Below the pieces are notes generated by a model. That model had not been told where the DNA came from, made no database searches, and was given only the letters and a program-made list of their open reading frames with translations. 64,000 bases of DNA from Deltaproteobacteria bacterium. GTDB taxonomy: Bacteria > Myxococcota_A > Polyangia > Fen-1088. A program made the translations under genes and the position numbers. Location of the stretch: the NCBI GenBank assembly GCA_033763315.1, contig JANRKS010000011.1, forward strand, positions 188,493-252,492, given 5' to 3'. This document shows positions 37,854-47,178 of this stretch, in pieces. Position 1 is the stretch's first letter, and every line of letters starts with the position of its first letter.

Positions 37854-38942
37854 ATGGACCTCTTGCGATGTTTGCTCCGACCGGCTGGCGCGGGCATTCA
37901 CACGGTCTCAACGGGTAAACGCGAGCAAGAGGCGTTGGCGCAGGCGCTTTACGGCGTGGCCAACCCCAGTCAAGTTCAAGCGGCGTGGGAGGCATCCCTT
38001 GCCCAAATTGCCGGGGCGACGGGGGTTGTGCTTGGCATTCCTTCCGACGTGGGCGCGGGGCTCGTGCGAGGCGCCGCGTATGGCCCGCAAGGCCTTCGGC
38101 AAGCGTGGCTGGCACGTGATTGCCAGGGGCCGCGTGGGTTCGCTGGGCTCATTGACGTGGGCGATGTGCGGGTGGTGCCGCAGCTGCTGAGCGATCACAT
38201 GCTAAGTGAAACGCAATTGCACGCGACGCGCGCGGCGCTTTATCCGGATCTGTCCGCCGCCGAAGCGGCCCGTCTGCCGGTCTCGCCCCTGAGCATCGCG
38301 GAGGCGGCGTTGGATCACATGTTCAGTGTGAACCCCGACCTTAAGGTTTTGATGCTGGGCGGGGATCACAGCGTCGCCTGGCCGGTGGTGGCCGCGTTGG
38401 GAAAGAAGATGCACGAGCCCTGGGCCATTGTGCATTTCGACGCGCACACGGATCTGTTGGAAACCCGATTGGGCATCGATTATTGCTTCGCCACGTGGGC
38501 CTTTCACGCACGCAAGGTGCTGGGCAAGGGCAGCCGTTTGGTGCAGGTGGGCATCCGCGCGTCGGGACGCGATCGCGCGCATTGGGAAAGCACACTCGGC
38601 GTGCGCCAATTCTGGGCCGCAGAGGTGGCGCAGCAGCCGGTGGCCGCCACGGTGGAGCAGATCGTGGCGCACCTGCGAGGCGAGGGCGTGCAACATGTTT
38701 ACATTAGCAACGACATCGATGGCACCGACGGACAGTTGGCGCCCGCGACGGGAACACCCGAGCCGCAGGGACTTGCGCCTGAGCTCGTTTTGGCCGTGAT
38801 TTCAGCGTTGGGGCAGCAATTCAATGTTATCGGCGCGGATCTGGTTGAGGTGGCGCCACCCGTCGGCAATGCGGCAGGCGCGCGCGCCACGTGCGATCTG
38901 GGCGTCTCGTATCTGCTGGCATCTGCGGCGGCGATGCTGTAG
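37854..38942 (+). CDS. Agmatinase/arginase-family ureohydrolase
   Basis: GGDHS, HFDAHTD, SNDIDGTD, APATGTP, ADLVEVAP. Confidence 0.9.
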   Translation: MDLLRCLLRPAGAGIHTVSTGKREQEALAQALYGVANPSQVQAAWEASLAQIAGATGVVLGIPSDVGAGLVRGAAYGPQGLRQAWLARDCQGPRGFAGLIDVGDVRVVPQLLSDHMLSETQLHATRAALYPDLSAAEAARLPVSPLSIAEAALDHMFSVNPDLKVLMLGGDHSVAWPVVAALGKKMHEPWAIVHFDAHTDLLETRLGIDYCFATWAFHARKVLGKGSRLVQVGIRASGRDRAHWESTLGVRQFWAAEVAQQPVAATVEQIVAHLRGEGVQHVYISNDIDGTDGQLAPATGTPEPQGLAPELVLAVISALGQQFNVIGADLVEVAPPVGNAAGARATCDLGVSYLLASAAAML

Positions 38943-38951
38943 AGACGCCCA

Positions 38952-40010
38952 ATGGAATACGAAAACGAGAGCGCAGAGCCCGAATCGCCCATGGACGAAC
39001 GGATCGGCAAGGGTTGGACCCTGCTTGAATCTGGCGATGTGGATGGGGCCCGCGAGCTGGCCGGTTTAGTGCTGGAAGAGGGCGAGCCGGACGCCGACGC
39101 GCTGTTGTTGAAGGCAGCCTGTGAACGCGAAGACGGCGACGACGAAGCCGCTTTGGAAGTTTTGGCCGAAGCCATCAAGCAAGATCCCGAATGGGCCACA
39201 CCGCGGCTGTGGACGGCTGAACTGCTGTTGCTGCAAGGCCGTGGCGTTGAAGCCCTTAAGCACGCCCGTGCCGCCGTAGAACTTGCGGACGACGAAGATG
39301 AGTTCTTGGCGGCGGTGATCTTTCGCTCCACGCTAGAGTTGGAGAGCGACAATCCAGCCGCCGCGAAGGCAGGCTTGGAAGAGCTGCCACCGGCAGATGT
39401 TTTGGCGGGCACGCCAGAGATGGCGCTCGAAGCTGCTGAATTGCACTTGGCGTTGGGACAGACCGAAAAGGCGCGTGCTTTGGCACAAGCTGTGGTCGAC
39501 GCCAACGAAGACGAGGAGGCCGTGACCGACGCTTGGTACACCTTGGGATTGGTTGAAGAATCCGCGGGCGATGAGAAGGCAAAGCGCCGCGCGTGGCTTA
39601 AGGTTCATGACGCTGATGCAAAAGCGGCTGAAGGCAGCGAAGGCTTCGTGGCCGACGAAGATGAAGTAGCCGCAATGGCCGAATCAGCGGTGGAAGAGCT
39701 GCCCGTCAAAGCGCGCAAGTTGCTCAAGAACGTGCCGATTCTGATCGCGGACTTTCCGTCGCGCGAAGAGGTGACCGAAGGCCTCGATCCACGTTTATTG
39801 GGGCTGTTCCGCGGCACGCCGCTGCCCGAGACGGAGACGCTTGGTGCGGCACCGGCGCTCACGCAGATCGTGCTCTACCGCCACAACCTGCAACGTGTGG
39901 CGCCCGACGATGCCTCACTGGCCGAGGAAGTGCGCACGACATTGCTTCACGAAACCGGTCACTTCTTCGGCCTGGACGAAGAAGAGCTGGCCGCGATGGG
40001 CCTGGATTAG
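38952..40010 (+). CDS. TPR plus zincin-like (Zincin_1) metallopeptidase
   Basis: Acidic TPR region; LLGLFRG, IVLYRHNL, TLLHETGHFFGLDE. Confidence 0.85.
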   Translation: MEYENESAEPESPMDERIGKGWTLLESGDVDGARELAGLVLEEGEPDADALLLKAACEREDGDDEAALEVLAEAIKQDPEWATPRLWTAELLLLQGRGVEALKHARAAVELADDEDEFLAAVIFRSTLELESDNPAAAKAGLEELPPADVLAGTPEMALEAAELHLALGQTEKARALAQAVVDANEDEEAVTDAWYTLGLVEESAGDEKAKRRAWLKVHDADAKAAEGSEGFVADEDEVAAMAESAVEELPVKARKLLKNVPILIADFPSREEVTEGLDPRLLGLFRGTPLPETETLGAAPALTQIVLYRHNLQRVAPDDASLAEEVRTTLLHETGHFFGLDEEELAAMGLD

Positions 40011-40082
40011 AGCCTTAGCGGCGCAGAACACGAGTGAGGCACCGACCGCGCCTGGCGGCCTCACTCGTGATAAAATAGGTGT

Positions 40083-40304
40083 ATGACCTCTAAGGCTGAA
40101 CGTGCGGCTGCACGGCGTTCGTGGCCGGTGCGGAAAACAACCCTGGCGCAAGAGGACGACGTGGGCCTCGTGGCGGGAACGCCGTCAGAACTTGTGGCCA
40201 TGGTATGGCGCTTGACCCAGGACGCGTGGGCGATGTCCGGCGCTCCGTACCCCACATATTCAAGAGGCGATATGCCAGGCCGCCTCATACGTCGCGCGGA
40301 ATGA
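40083..40304 (+). CDS. Small hypothetical protein, probable partner of the downstream nucleotidyltransferase
   Basis: 73 aa; TPSE..AMVW.LT..AW pattern; directly precedes the nucleotidyltransferase gene. Confidence 0.55.
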   Translation: MTSKAERAAARRSWPVRKTTLAQEDDVGLVAGTPSELVAMVWRLTQDAWAMSGAPYPTYSRGDMPGRLIRRAE

Positions 40305-40311
40305 GCACTCG

Positions 40312-40782
40312 ATGGAAGCCCCCGAGCTTAATGCCGATTTCATCGACTTCCTTGAGTGCTTGATCGCGGGAAACGTTCGATTCGTCGTGGTGGGAGCGCA
40401 CGCCTTGGCCGCCCATGGTCTTCCAAGGGCCACTGGTGCTCTTGACGTTCTGATCGAGCCTACGCCAATCAACGCATCCGCTGTGGTTGGTGCACTCGAG
40501 GCGTTCGGGGCACCGATGAAGGCTCATGGCGTTAACAGGGAAGATTTTGCAAAGGAGGGAACGGTCTACCAGATGGGGCTTCCGCCTCGGCGAATAGACC
40601 TACTCACCAGCGTCTCAGGCGTGAGTTTCGAGAGAGTGTGGACAGGCCGCATCGTCGCGCAGGTGCAGGGGATGCCGTTGCCGTTCATCGGCTGCACCCA
40701 GCTCATTGAGGATAAGTTGGCTTCTGGCAGGCCTAAGGATCTTCTGGATGTGGCAGCGCTCCGCTCTCAGGCCGATGAATGA
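40312..40782 (+). CDS. Minimal nucleotidyltransferase-family protein (DUF6036-like)
   Basis: FVVVGAHALAAHGLPRATG(A)LD, RIDLLTSVSGV, ASGRPKDLLD. Confidence 0.72.
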   Translation: MEAPELNADFIDFLECLIAGNVRFVVVGAHALAAHGLPRATGALDVLIEPTPINASAVVGALEAFGAPMKAHGVNREDFAKEGTVYQMGLPPRRIDLLTSVSGVSFERVWTGRIVAQVQGMPLPFIGCTQLIEDKLASGRPKDLLDVAALRSQADE

Positions 40783-41245
40783 TTTGCTAGCGTCACCATC
40801 CATCATGGCAAACGAATTCCCATGGATTGAAAGAATCCGCTCCGGCGGCTTTGCAGCGCCAATCGGCAAGCTCCTCGGCATCACGCTCGTGTCGGTGGAA
40901 GCAAACCAATGTTCGATGTCGATGGTGACCAATGAGACGCAGCGCAACCCGCTTGGCACCTTGCATGGTGGCGTGTTTTGCGATCTCGGCGACGCCGCCA
41001 TGGGCGTGGCGATGCTGACGACCTTGCCTGAAGTTGAGACGTTCACGACCGTGGAGTTGAAGATCAATTTCTTCAAACCGATCTGGAATGAGAAGCTGAT
41101 CGCCTCTGCAAAGGTCGTCCGGCGCACGCGGTCCCTTGGTTACGTCGAGTGCGACATCACGGACGAAAAGGGCAGCTTGGCCGCACGACTTGGTAGCACG
41201 TGTCTCGTTTTACGCGGCGAGGCGGCCGCGGGACGTTCTGGTTAA
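40775..41245 (+). CDS. PaaI-family thioesterase
   Basis: NPLGTLHGGVFCDLGDAAMG, TVELKINF; start may be ATG 40805. Confidence 0.9.
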   Translation: MNDLLASPSIMANEFPWIERIRSGGFAAPIGKLLGITLVSVEANQCSMSMVTNETQRNPLGTLHGGVFCDLGDAAMGVAMLTTLPEVETFTTVELKINFFKPIWNEKLIASAKVVRRTRSLGYVECDITDEKGSLAARLGSTCLVLRGEAAAGRSG

Positions 41246-41337
41246 CCGTCGGTAACGGGCTGCCTTTCAAACCGATAAATGACGAACGCCGCGGATCCGG
41301 GCTGCCAACCGCGGGCGGTCTGGTCTAGGCTGCGCTC

Positions 41338-42219
41338 ATGATTACACGATGGGTATCGGGATTCCTGGTTGGTGGGGCGCTCCTTGCTGCAGCCTGCGGT
41401 GAGGACGACGACTTGCTTGGCAGCAATGATGGTGGCAATGCATCCGGCCTGGTCGACGGTGCACCTGCCTCCGATGTGGCGCAGTTCGATGTGGCGCCGT
41501 TGGATGCTGGCGCCATCGACGCACCTGCCATTGATGCTGCTCTTGACGGCAGCGGCGTGGACGGGGCGCGCGACGCGGGCTTTGAGGCGGGACCACTGAA
41601 CTTGCAACAGGGGTGGGCGCTACACAACTGGCGTCTGACGGACGACAACACGGGCCTCGCCAAGTATACGTTTCAAGAGGGCGGCTTGGTGGCGATTCAA
41701 ACCGCCAATCCCGATCCTTCGGCGTATTACAATCTGCAAACGCTGTCGAACGTCGTCGTTCGCGGGAGGTTCAGCATTCAAACAACCTCCGATGATGACT
41801 TCGTTGGTTTCGTGTTCGGTTGGCAAGATCCGCAACACTTCTACTTCTTCGACTGGAAGCAGGCCACGCAGCCCTATGCCACTTGTGGCACAGCGTCCGT
41901 GGGGGCATCGCTCAAAGTCATGAACAGCGATTCGCCAGCCAGTTTGTGTGGCGACTTCTGGAACTCCGCCGGCAGCGACCGAACCAAGATCTTGGCGAGC
42001 CGCACGCTTAACCCTGTGGGCTGGAAAGACAACGGCGTTTACGACTTCACCCTTGTTTTCAAGCCGGGCGACATCTCAATTGAAGTGCGCGAAGGCGCCA
42101 ACGTGGTGGTGAACATCAAATCGAACGACTCCACGTTCGTGGACGGCAAGTTTGGTTTTTACAACTACTCACAACAGTCTGTTCGCTACGAGGGCTTCGA
42201 CGTCAACCCTGCGCCCTAG
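41338..42219 (+). CDS. Lipoprotein with thrombospondin C-terminal (TSP_C)-like lectin domain
   Basis: Lipobox AAAC; Q.AN.DP, DDDFVGFVFGWQD..HFY..WKQ, GKFGFYNYSQ. Confidence 0.72.
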   Translation: MITRWVSGFLVGGALLAAACGEDDDLLGSNDGGNASGLVDGAPASDVAQFDVAPLDAGAIDAPAIDAALDGSGVDGARDAGFEAGPLNLQQGWALHNWRLTDDNTGLAKYTFQEGGLVAIQTANPDPSAYYNLQTLSNVVVRGRFSIQTTSDDDFVGFVFGWQDPQHFYFFDWKQATQPYATCGTASVGASLKVMNSDSPASLCGDFWNSAGSDRTKILASRTLNPVGWKDNGVYDFTLVFKPGDISIEVREGANVVVNIKSNDSTFVDGKFGFYNYSQQSVRYEGFDVNPAP

Positions 42220-42253
42220 CGGCGCGTGGCCTGACGGCAGTGCCCCCAAAGCA

Positions 42254-43453
42254 TTAGGCGGTGGGCGACTCCCTGCGCGCTTGTACACTTTCATTGAGCC
42301 GCTTGCGCAAAAGGGTGTGGGCGAGGGCGACCACAAACATGATCGCCGCGCACGCGCCCCACAAAGTGTACGGTCCCAGCCGCAACAGCACGCTTCCTCC
42401 TGCGGCGGGACCCAGGCAAGCCGCAAGGCCCCACGCCATATTCGAAGCGCCTTGATAGCGCCCCCGCATCGCCCGCGGTGCCAGATCGGCCACCACCGCG
42501 GAAATCGTTGGCAGAAGCCCGACCTCACCCACCGTCCACAGCGCGATGGCCGCGGCGTAGCCCCATGCGCTTGTGACAAAAGCATAGAGGCCCATGCCTG
42601 CACCAAACAGCAACGACGACCACGCCATGACCAGGCTGCGATCCTTTCCCGCCAGCCAACGCGTCAGGGGCGGTTGTAAGAATACAATGAGCGCGCCGTT
42701 AATCCCGATGAGCGATCCATAAGCGCTGGGCGAATGCCCCGTTCGCTTCATATCGAGCGGTAAGGCCGCGCCGTTTTGCCACATCACAAGCGCTGTGCCC
42801 CACGTGAGCAACACAATCGCGAGGTAAACGCGATCGCGGGCGATGACAAGCAACGAGGCCGGTGGTTTGTCGCTTTGCATGGGTTCGGTAGGCTTGGTTT
42901 CCTGCAGCGCAAAGAACACGATGGCGCCGAACACCACCATCGTGGCGGCGTCCACGATGAACAACAGTGTGAATCCGCCCAACGAAAGCCAACCGGCAAG
43001 CACGGGCGCCAAGGCGAAGCCTAGGTTGTGCGCCCAGTACATGAGCCCAAAAGCGCGAATACGATCTTGAGGCGCCACGACGTCGGATACGAAAGCAGAC
43101 ACGGCGGGTCTGTACATTTCGCTGAGGCCGCCCATGAGGAAGGTGGCCGCCGCCAACGCCCACAGTGGCTTCACAACCGCAATTGCCAGCATCGGGACGG
43201 CCCCACCAAAAAGCGACAGCAGCATCGTGCGCCGCCGCCCTATGTGATCGGCGAGGCTGCCGCCCACCCAGGCGGCAGCAAAGCTGCCCGCGCCATAGAC
43301 CGAAACCACGAGGCCAGCGGTGGCTTCGCTCTGACCGCGTGCGCTCGTGGTGTACAACGCCAAAAACGGAACGACGAAGGCCCCCGCGCGGTTGAGCAAG
43401 GTGCCCACCCACACGGTCCAAAACGCGGCTGGAAGCCCACGATAAGTGCGCAC
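42254..43453 (-). CDS. MFS transporter
   Basis: GSLADHIGRR motif A; about 12 hydrophobic segments. Confidence 0.92.
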   Translation of the reverse strand: MRTYRGLPAAFWTVWVGTLLNRAGAFVVPFLALYTTSARGQSEATAGLVVSVYGAGSFAAAWVGGSLADHIGRRRTMLLSLFGGAVPMLAIAVVKPLWALAAATFLMGGLSEMYRPAVSAFVSDVVAPQDRIRAFGLMYWAHNLGFALAPVLAGWLSLGGFTLLFIVDAATMVVFGAIVFFALQETKPTEPMQSDKPPASLLVIARDRVYLAIVLLTWGTALVMWQNGAALPLDMKRTGHSPSAYGSLIGINGALIVFLQPPLTRWLAGKDRSLVMAWSSLLFGAGMGLYAFVTSAWGYAAAIALWTVGEVGLLPTISAVVADLAPRAMRGRYQGASNMAWGLAACLGPAAGGSVLLRLGPYTLWGACAAIMFVVALAHTLLRKRLNESVQARRESPTA

Positions 43454-43531
43454 GAGGGCCTGATGATAGGGCGGTTCATCCGGGGGCCCAAGAACTCAGC
43501 TCCAGGCCCAGCGGCAGTTCCACGACCGACC

Positions 43532-43570
43532 AAAACAAAAGCCCCCACGCTTCGCAGCGGTGGGGGCTTT
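43532..43570 (-). terminator. Rho-independent terminator
   Basis: AAAGCCCCCAC...GTGGGGGCTTT stem with T-run on minus strand, 22 bp after stop 43592. Confidence 0.8.
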
Positions 43571-43591
43571 CGGTTCACGTTTGTTTGTGGC

Positions 43592-44809
43592 TTACAGGGT
43601 GAACAGGTCGGGTCGGGCCGCGGCTTTGTCGACCGCCTCAACCAATTCCTTTTGCACCTGTTCTAAGCGCTTGATCGTGCGTTGGATCGCCAAGTAGCGA
43701 AGCTTGTAGGCTTCCATGCGCACTTGTTCAGGCGAGCCGTTCATCACAGCGTCGAACAGCGGGGTGGGCTTGATCGGAACCACGCTGCTGCCATCGAGTG
43801 CCGTTGAGATCTTGCGAGCGGCCCAAGGCGCCCCTGTTGCCGCACGGATGTTGAAGGCTTCGATGTCTTTGGCTTGGCAATCTGTGCCGCCGCCTTTGCA
43901 AACAGGCGTGCCCACCTCAACCAAGTTGGCGATCGTGAGCGTTCCCTGGCGATCAAACACAACGCCGTAGTTGCCTTGCCCGCCGGCCGCAGCCTTCTCT
44001 TGCGCCTTCTTCACGAAAGCTTCAAGCGATTCCCTATCGGCCTGCGTGCGGCGAACGTGATCGTCAACCTCGCCGTAAAGCGCGATCGAGTCGTAGTAAT
44101 ACGACATCATGTTATCGACCACGAGGTCGGGCAGACGGTAGTAATCCACCTTGAAGATGCGCACCGTCGAAGGCTTGTTCTTCAGATCGAGCTTCGCGAG
44201 TTGCTCGATGAGCTGTGGATCGTAACCAAGAATGTCGCCCTTCGTGCGCTGTTGGCTCATCGCCACGGCGTCGCGGATGGAGGTGACGTTCTTCTGGATG
44301 CCATCGAGTTCGGCCTTAACGATCTTCGCCGCCGCGTTGGCGTTGTTAAAGGCGTAGCGCGCGCCCACGGCGCCGCCGAACCAGTAACCACCCACCAAAC
44401 CCAAGATTGCCACGATGATGGTGATCACCAGACCACCGCCGCCGCCTTTCTGCTTCACGGTGGCAACGGGCAAGCCATCATCCTGAGCCGCCATGTTGAA
44501 GTGGCCAGGTTGTGGCCGCAGCGACGCGTACGGATCCGGAGGAGCGGCCGCTGGAGGAGGCGCACCGTATCCCGAAGGAGGACCACCGTATCCCGGCGCC
44601 ATCGGAGCTTGCCTTGGCACACCTGGGGCCGAGGGAACGGCCGAAGGCACACGTTGCCCTTGTGGCGCCGCAGCGGGGCCAGAAGGGTAAGGCGCTTGTG
44701 GTGGCATGGGTGCCGGTGCGCCTGGTGCTGGTGCTGCACCTGGTTTAGCCAGACCAAGTCGAGCTTTCAGATCGGCGATTTCTCGTGCCGGTTTCTTCGG
44801 CTGGTCCAA
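43592..44809 (-). CDS. Hypothetical membrane protein (Pro-rich N-terminus, one TM, coiled coil)
   Basis: GGAGG before TTG 44809; IADLKARLGL, Pro/Ala/Gly-rich region, TM LVITIIVAILGLVGGYWF. Confidence 0.7.
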   Translation of the reverse strand: MDQPKKPAREIADLKARLGLAKPGAAPAPGAPAPMPPQAPYPSGPAAAPQGQRVPSAVPSAPGVPRQAPMAPGYGGPPSGYGAPPPAAAPPDPYASLRPQPGHFNMAAQDDGLPVATVKQKGGGGGLVITIIVAILGLVGGYWFGGAVGARYAFNNANAAAKIVKAELDGIQKNVTSIRDAVAMSQQRTKGDILGYDPQLIEQLAKLDLKNKPSTVRIFKVDYYRLPDLVVDNMMSYYYDSIALYGEVDDHVRRTQADRESLEAFVKKAQEKAAAGGQGNYGVVFDRQGTLTIANLVEVGTPVCKGGGTDCQAKDIEAFNIRAATGAPWAARKISTALDGSSVVPIKPTPLFDAVMNGSPEQVRMEAYKLRYLAIQRTIKRLEQVQKELVEAVDKAAARPDLFTL

Positions 44810-44886
44810 AGAGATCCTCCCGCGGATAAAGATTGAGTCGAGGGGAGCCAGGTGAACGGCTCCATGAAAAGACGGAAAACAAAACA

Positions 44887-44921
44887 CGGTCTCACGAAGA
44901 GCCGTGAGGCTCTTGAGACCG
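44887..44921 (-). terminator. Strong hairpin with U-rich tail between the PilZ gene and the next gene
   Basis: CGGTCTC(ACG)AAGAGCC-GTGA-GGCTCTTGAGACCG, followed on minus strand by TGTTTTGTTTT. Confidence 0.5.
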
Positions 44922-45047
44922 CGTCTATCATCGCGGGGCGGCTAGCTGTGTCAAGGGAATTGGTTTTTCGCCTGTTGAACGAGGGCACAAAGCCGGGTGG
45001 GGCGTGCAAAAGGGTGGTTCGATGGCGAAAAAGCGGGCGCGGGTTGC

Positions 45048-45389
45048 TCAATTGGCAGCGAGAAATTGTTCAAGCGCTTGGCGGGACGCCGCGGGCATGT
45101 GCGTGAAACGTATGGAAACTTCCTCGCTGCCTTCGCGCACAACTTCACCCGAAGCGGTCAACACTTCGTTGCTGCCCGGCAACTGAAACTGCAGGCCCAC
45201 GAAGTGGTTCGGCAGTTGCGGGCCGAGCAGGGTGCGCAGGCGCATGCCCGTGTGGCTCACGTCGCGGGCGACGCAAAGGTAGGGCTGGCCACCCAAAAAG
45301 CGGTTCATGAACAAATCCACCGGGGCGCGCTTTGAAACGCGACGATCGTCACCGGGTAGGGCGGGGCTGTGCGACTGCTGAAGGTTCAT
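45048..45389 (-). CDS. Stand-alone PilZ domain protein
   Basis: RRVSKR (RxxxR) and DVSHTG (DxSxxG). Confidence 0.85.
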   Translation of the reverse strand: MNLQQSHSPALPGDDRRVSKRAPVDLFMNRFLGGQPYLCVARDVSHTGMRLRTLLGPQLPNHFVGLQFQLPGSNEVLTASGEVVREGSEEVSIRFTHMPAASRQALEQFLAAN

Positions 45390-45583
45390 GGCTGTTTCTC
45401 CTCTTGGTATGAAACTATCCTACATGTAATACCATGTCGTTCGCGGAGTCAAGAAAAGTTCGCGGGTGCCGAAAGTGTTGGGGCCTTGAGGTTCGCCGGC
45501 TCGTGGTTCCACATCCCCGGTGCTGGCTTTGGTTTGCCGGCTCTAAGGCGCCCACAAAAGCTTGAAAAGATTTGTGTCTCAAC

Positions 45584-45613
45584 TTGACTCGGTGCGCTTG
45601 TCGACCTGATAAT
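45584..45613 (+). promoter_or_regulatory. Putative sigma70-type promoter
   Basis: TTGACT-N18-GATAAT about 105 bp upstream of ATG 45718. Confidence 0.5.
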
Positions 45614-45717
45614 CGCGACCGCGGTTCTGTAAACAATCGCACCATCTGCCTCGCTTAAGTCCTCTCTTGTCCTCGCCGTAGCCTGTTTTTCCGCATCCAC
45701 AATAAGGAGCGACTCGC

Positions 45718-47154
45718 ATGTACCGTTTCCAGATAGGGCTCATTGCCGCCGGGGTGTTGTTGGTATCGACTGTGGCCATCGTCTTCGGCGTGACCTCAAA
45801 GCTGGGGGCGCACGCCACCTCTGAGGCCGAGGCACAAGCGCGGCGATCGGCGGCCGTCTACCAGCAGATGAGCCGGCTTGAGGGTTTGGAGTTCGCGAAC
45901 GTGGCCAGCAAGTACGCGAGCCGCGACAGCATGCCTAAGGTGTTTGATGCGGCCGACGAAACCGAGCGTCGCAAGGCAGCGTTCACCCAATGTGAAACGA
46001 TTCAGAAGATGCTTGAGGCCGAATCTCAACGCGCCGCCATCGTGGCCGTGTTGGACAAGACCGGTAAGGTCGTGGCGCGCGATTTGAACGCCAACGCCAT
46101 GTACGGCGAAGACCTTTCAGGCAAAGAAGTGGTCAAAGAGGCACTGGCTGGCAAGCGCTCTCGCGACGTGTGGACGCTGGGCGGTCGCACCACCCGCGTG
46201 GCGGTGGCCCCGATCATGGGCCCCAGTGGCCCCGTGGGCGCTGTGTTGCTGGGCTACGTTTTAAGCCACCAAGAAGCACGCAAGTTAAGCGAGATGATTG
46301 GCGCCGAGATCGGCTTATTCCATCAAGGCAAGATGCAGACGTCCAGTTTTGTGACGTCCGAAGGCAAGGAAGACGGCAACGAAACGCAAGCGATGACGGC
46401 CGTGCTGTTCTCGGGCGATAAGTTGGCTGAACAAGCGCTTTCCAAGGGCCAGCCCACGGATGTGAAGCACATCGAACTCGATGGCGCCAAATACGCCGCC
46501 GTTGCGGCTCCTTCAACGGGGAACCTTGGCGATAAGACGTCGGGCTTTGCGGTATTGGTTCCGCTGGCCGCAGGCGCGGGATTGGCTTCCTCCGTTGCGA
46601 CCAGTATGTGGATGCTTGGCATCATCGGCATCTTGCTGGTGGCGTTTGCCGCGGGCCTCACGGCGCGCCGGTTTGTGCGTCCCTTGGATCAAATCGAAGT
46701 GGGTGTGGCTGAGATCATCAACGGCAACATCGACTTTACCTTCAAACCCGTGGGCCCTGATTTCGAGGGTCTGTCGAATGGTTTGAACGTGATGTTGGCG
46801 CGCTTGTTGGGCCGTGACGATCCAGATGAGGATCAGGTCGAAGAAGAAGAAGGCACGAAGTGGAAAGCCGAGCAGATGGTGATCGAAGAAGGCGAGGGTC
46901 AGCCAGCAGGTGTTGACGCGCAAGCTTTGGCCCAAGAAAGCGAAGCCGCTTATTACCCACGACTGTTCAACGAATACATCACAGCGTTGCGTAACGCTGG
47001 GGTGCGCGCCGATGGCGTGAGCGTGCAGGCGTTCACCGCGAAGTTGCGTTTGACCGAAGGTGGCCTTAAGCGCAAATGGAAGTGCCGCATGGTGCGCTTC
47101 GTGATGGTTGCCAGCGGCGAAAACATCGTGTTCCGCGCTGTGAAGATCGCCTAA
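45718..47154 (+). CDS. Membrane protein with Cache-like and HAMP domains and MXAN_5187-type C-terminal domain
   Basis: TAAGGAG RBS; TM-periplasmic-TM-HAMP; C-terminal LFNEYI...FTAKLR...KCRMVRF. Confidence 0.7.
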   Translation: MYRFQIGLIAAGVLLVSTVAIVFGVTSKLGAHATSEAEAQARRSAAVYQQMSRLEGLEFANVASKYASRDSMPKVFDAADETERRKAAFTQCETIQKMLEAESQRAAIVAVLDKTGKVVARDLNANAMYGEDLSGKEVVKEALAGKRSRDVWTLGGRTTRVAVAPIMGPSGPVGAVLLGYVLSHQEARKLSEMIGAEIGLFHQGKMQTSSFVTSEGKEDGNETQAMTAVLFSGDKLAEQALSKGQPTDVKHIELDGAKYAAVAAPSTGNLGDKTSGFAVLVPLAAGAGLASSVATSMWMLGIIGILLVAFAAGLTARRFVRPLDQIEVGVAEIINGNIDFTFKPVGPDFEGLSNGLNVMLARLLGRDDPDEDQVEEEEGTKWKAEQMVIEEGEGQPAGVDAQALAQESEAAYYPRLFNEYITALRNAGVRADGVSVQAFTAKLRLTEGGLKRKWKCRMVRFVMVASGENIVFRAVKIA

Positions 47155-47178
47155 CACGCACCCTGCTGTGCGCTGACC

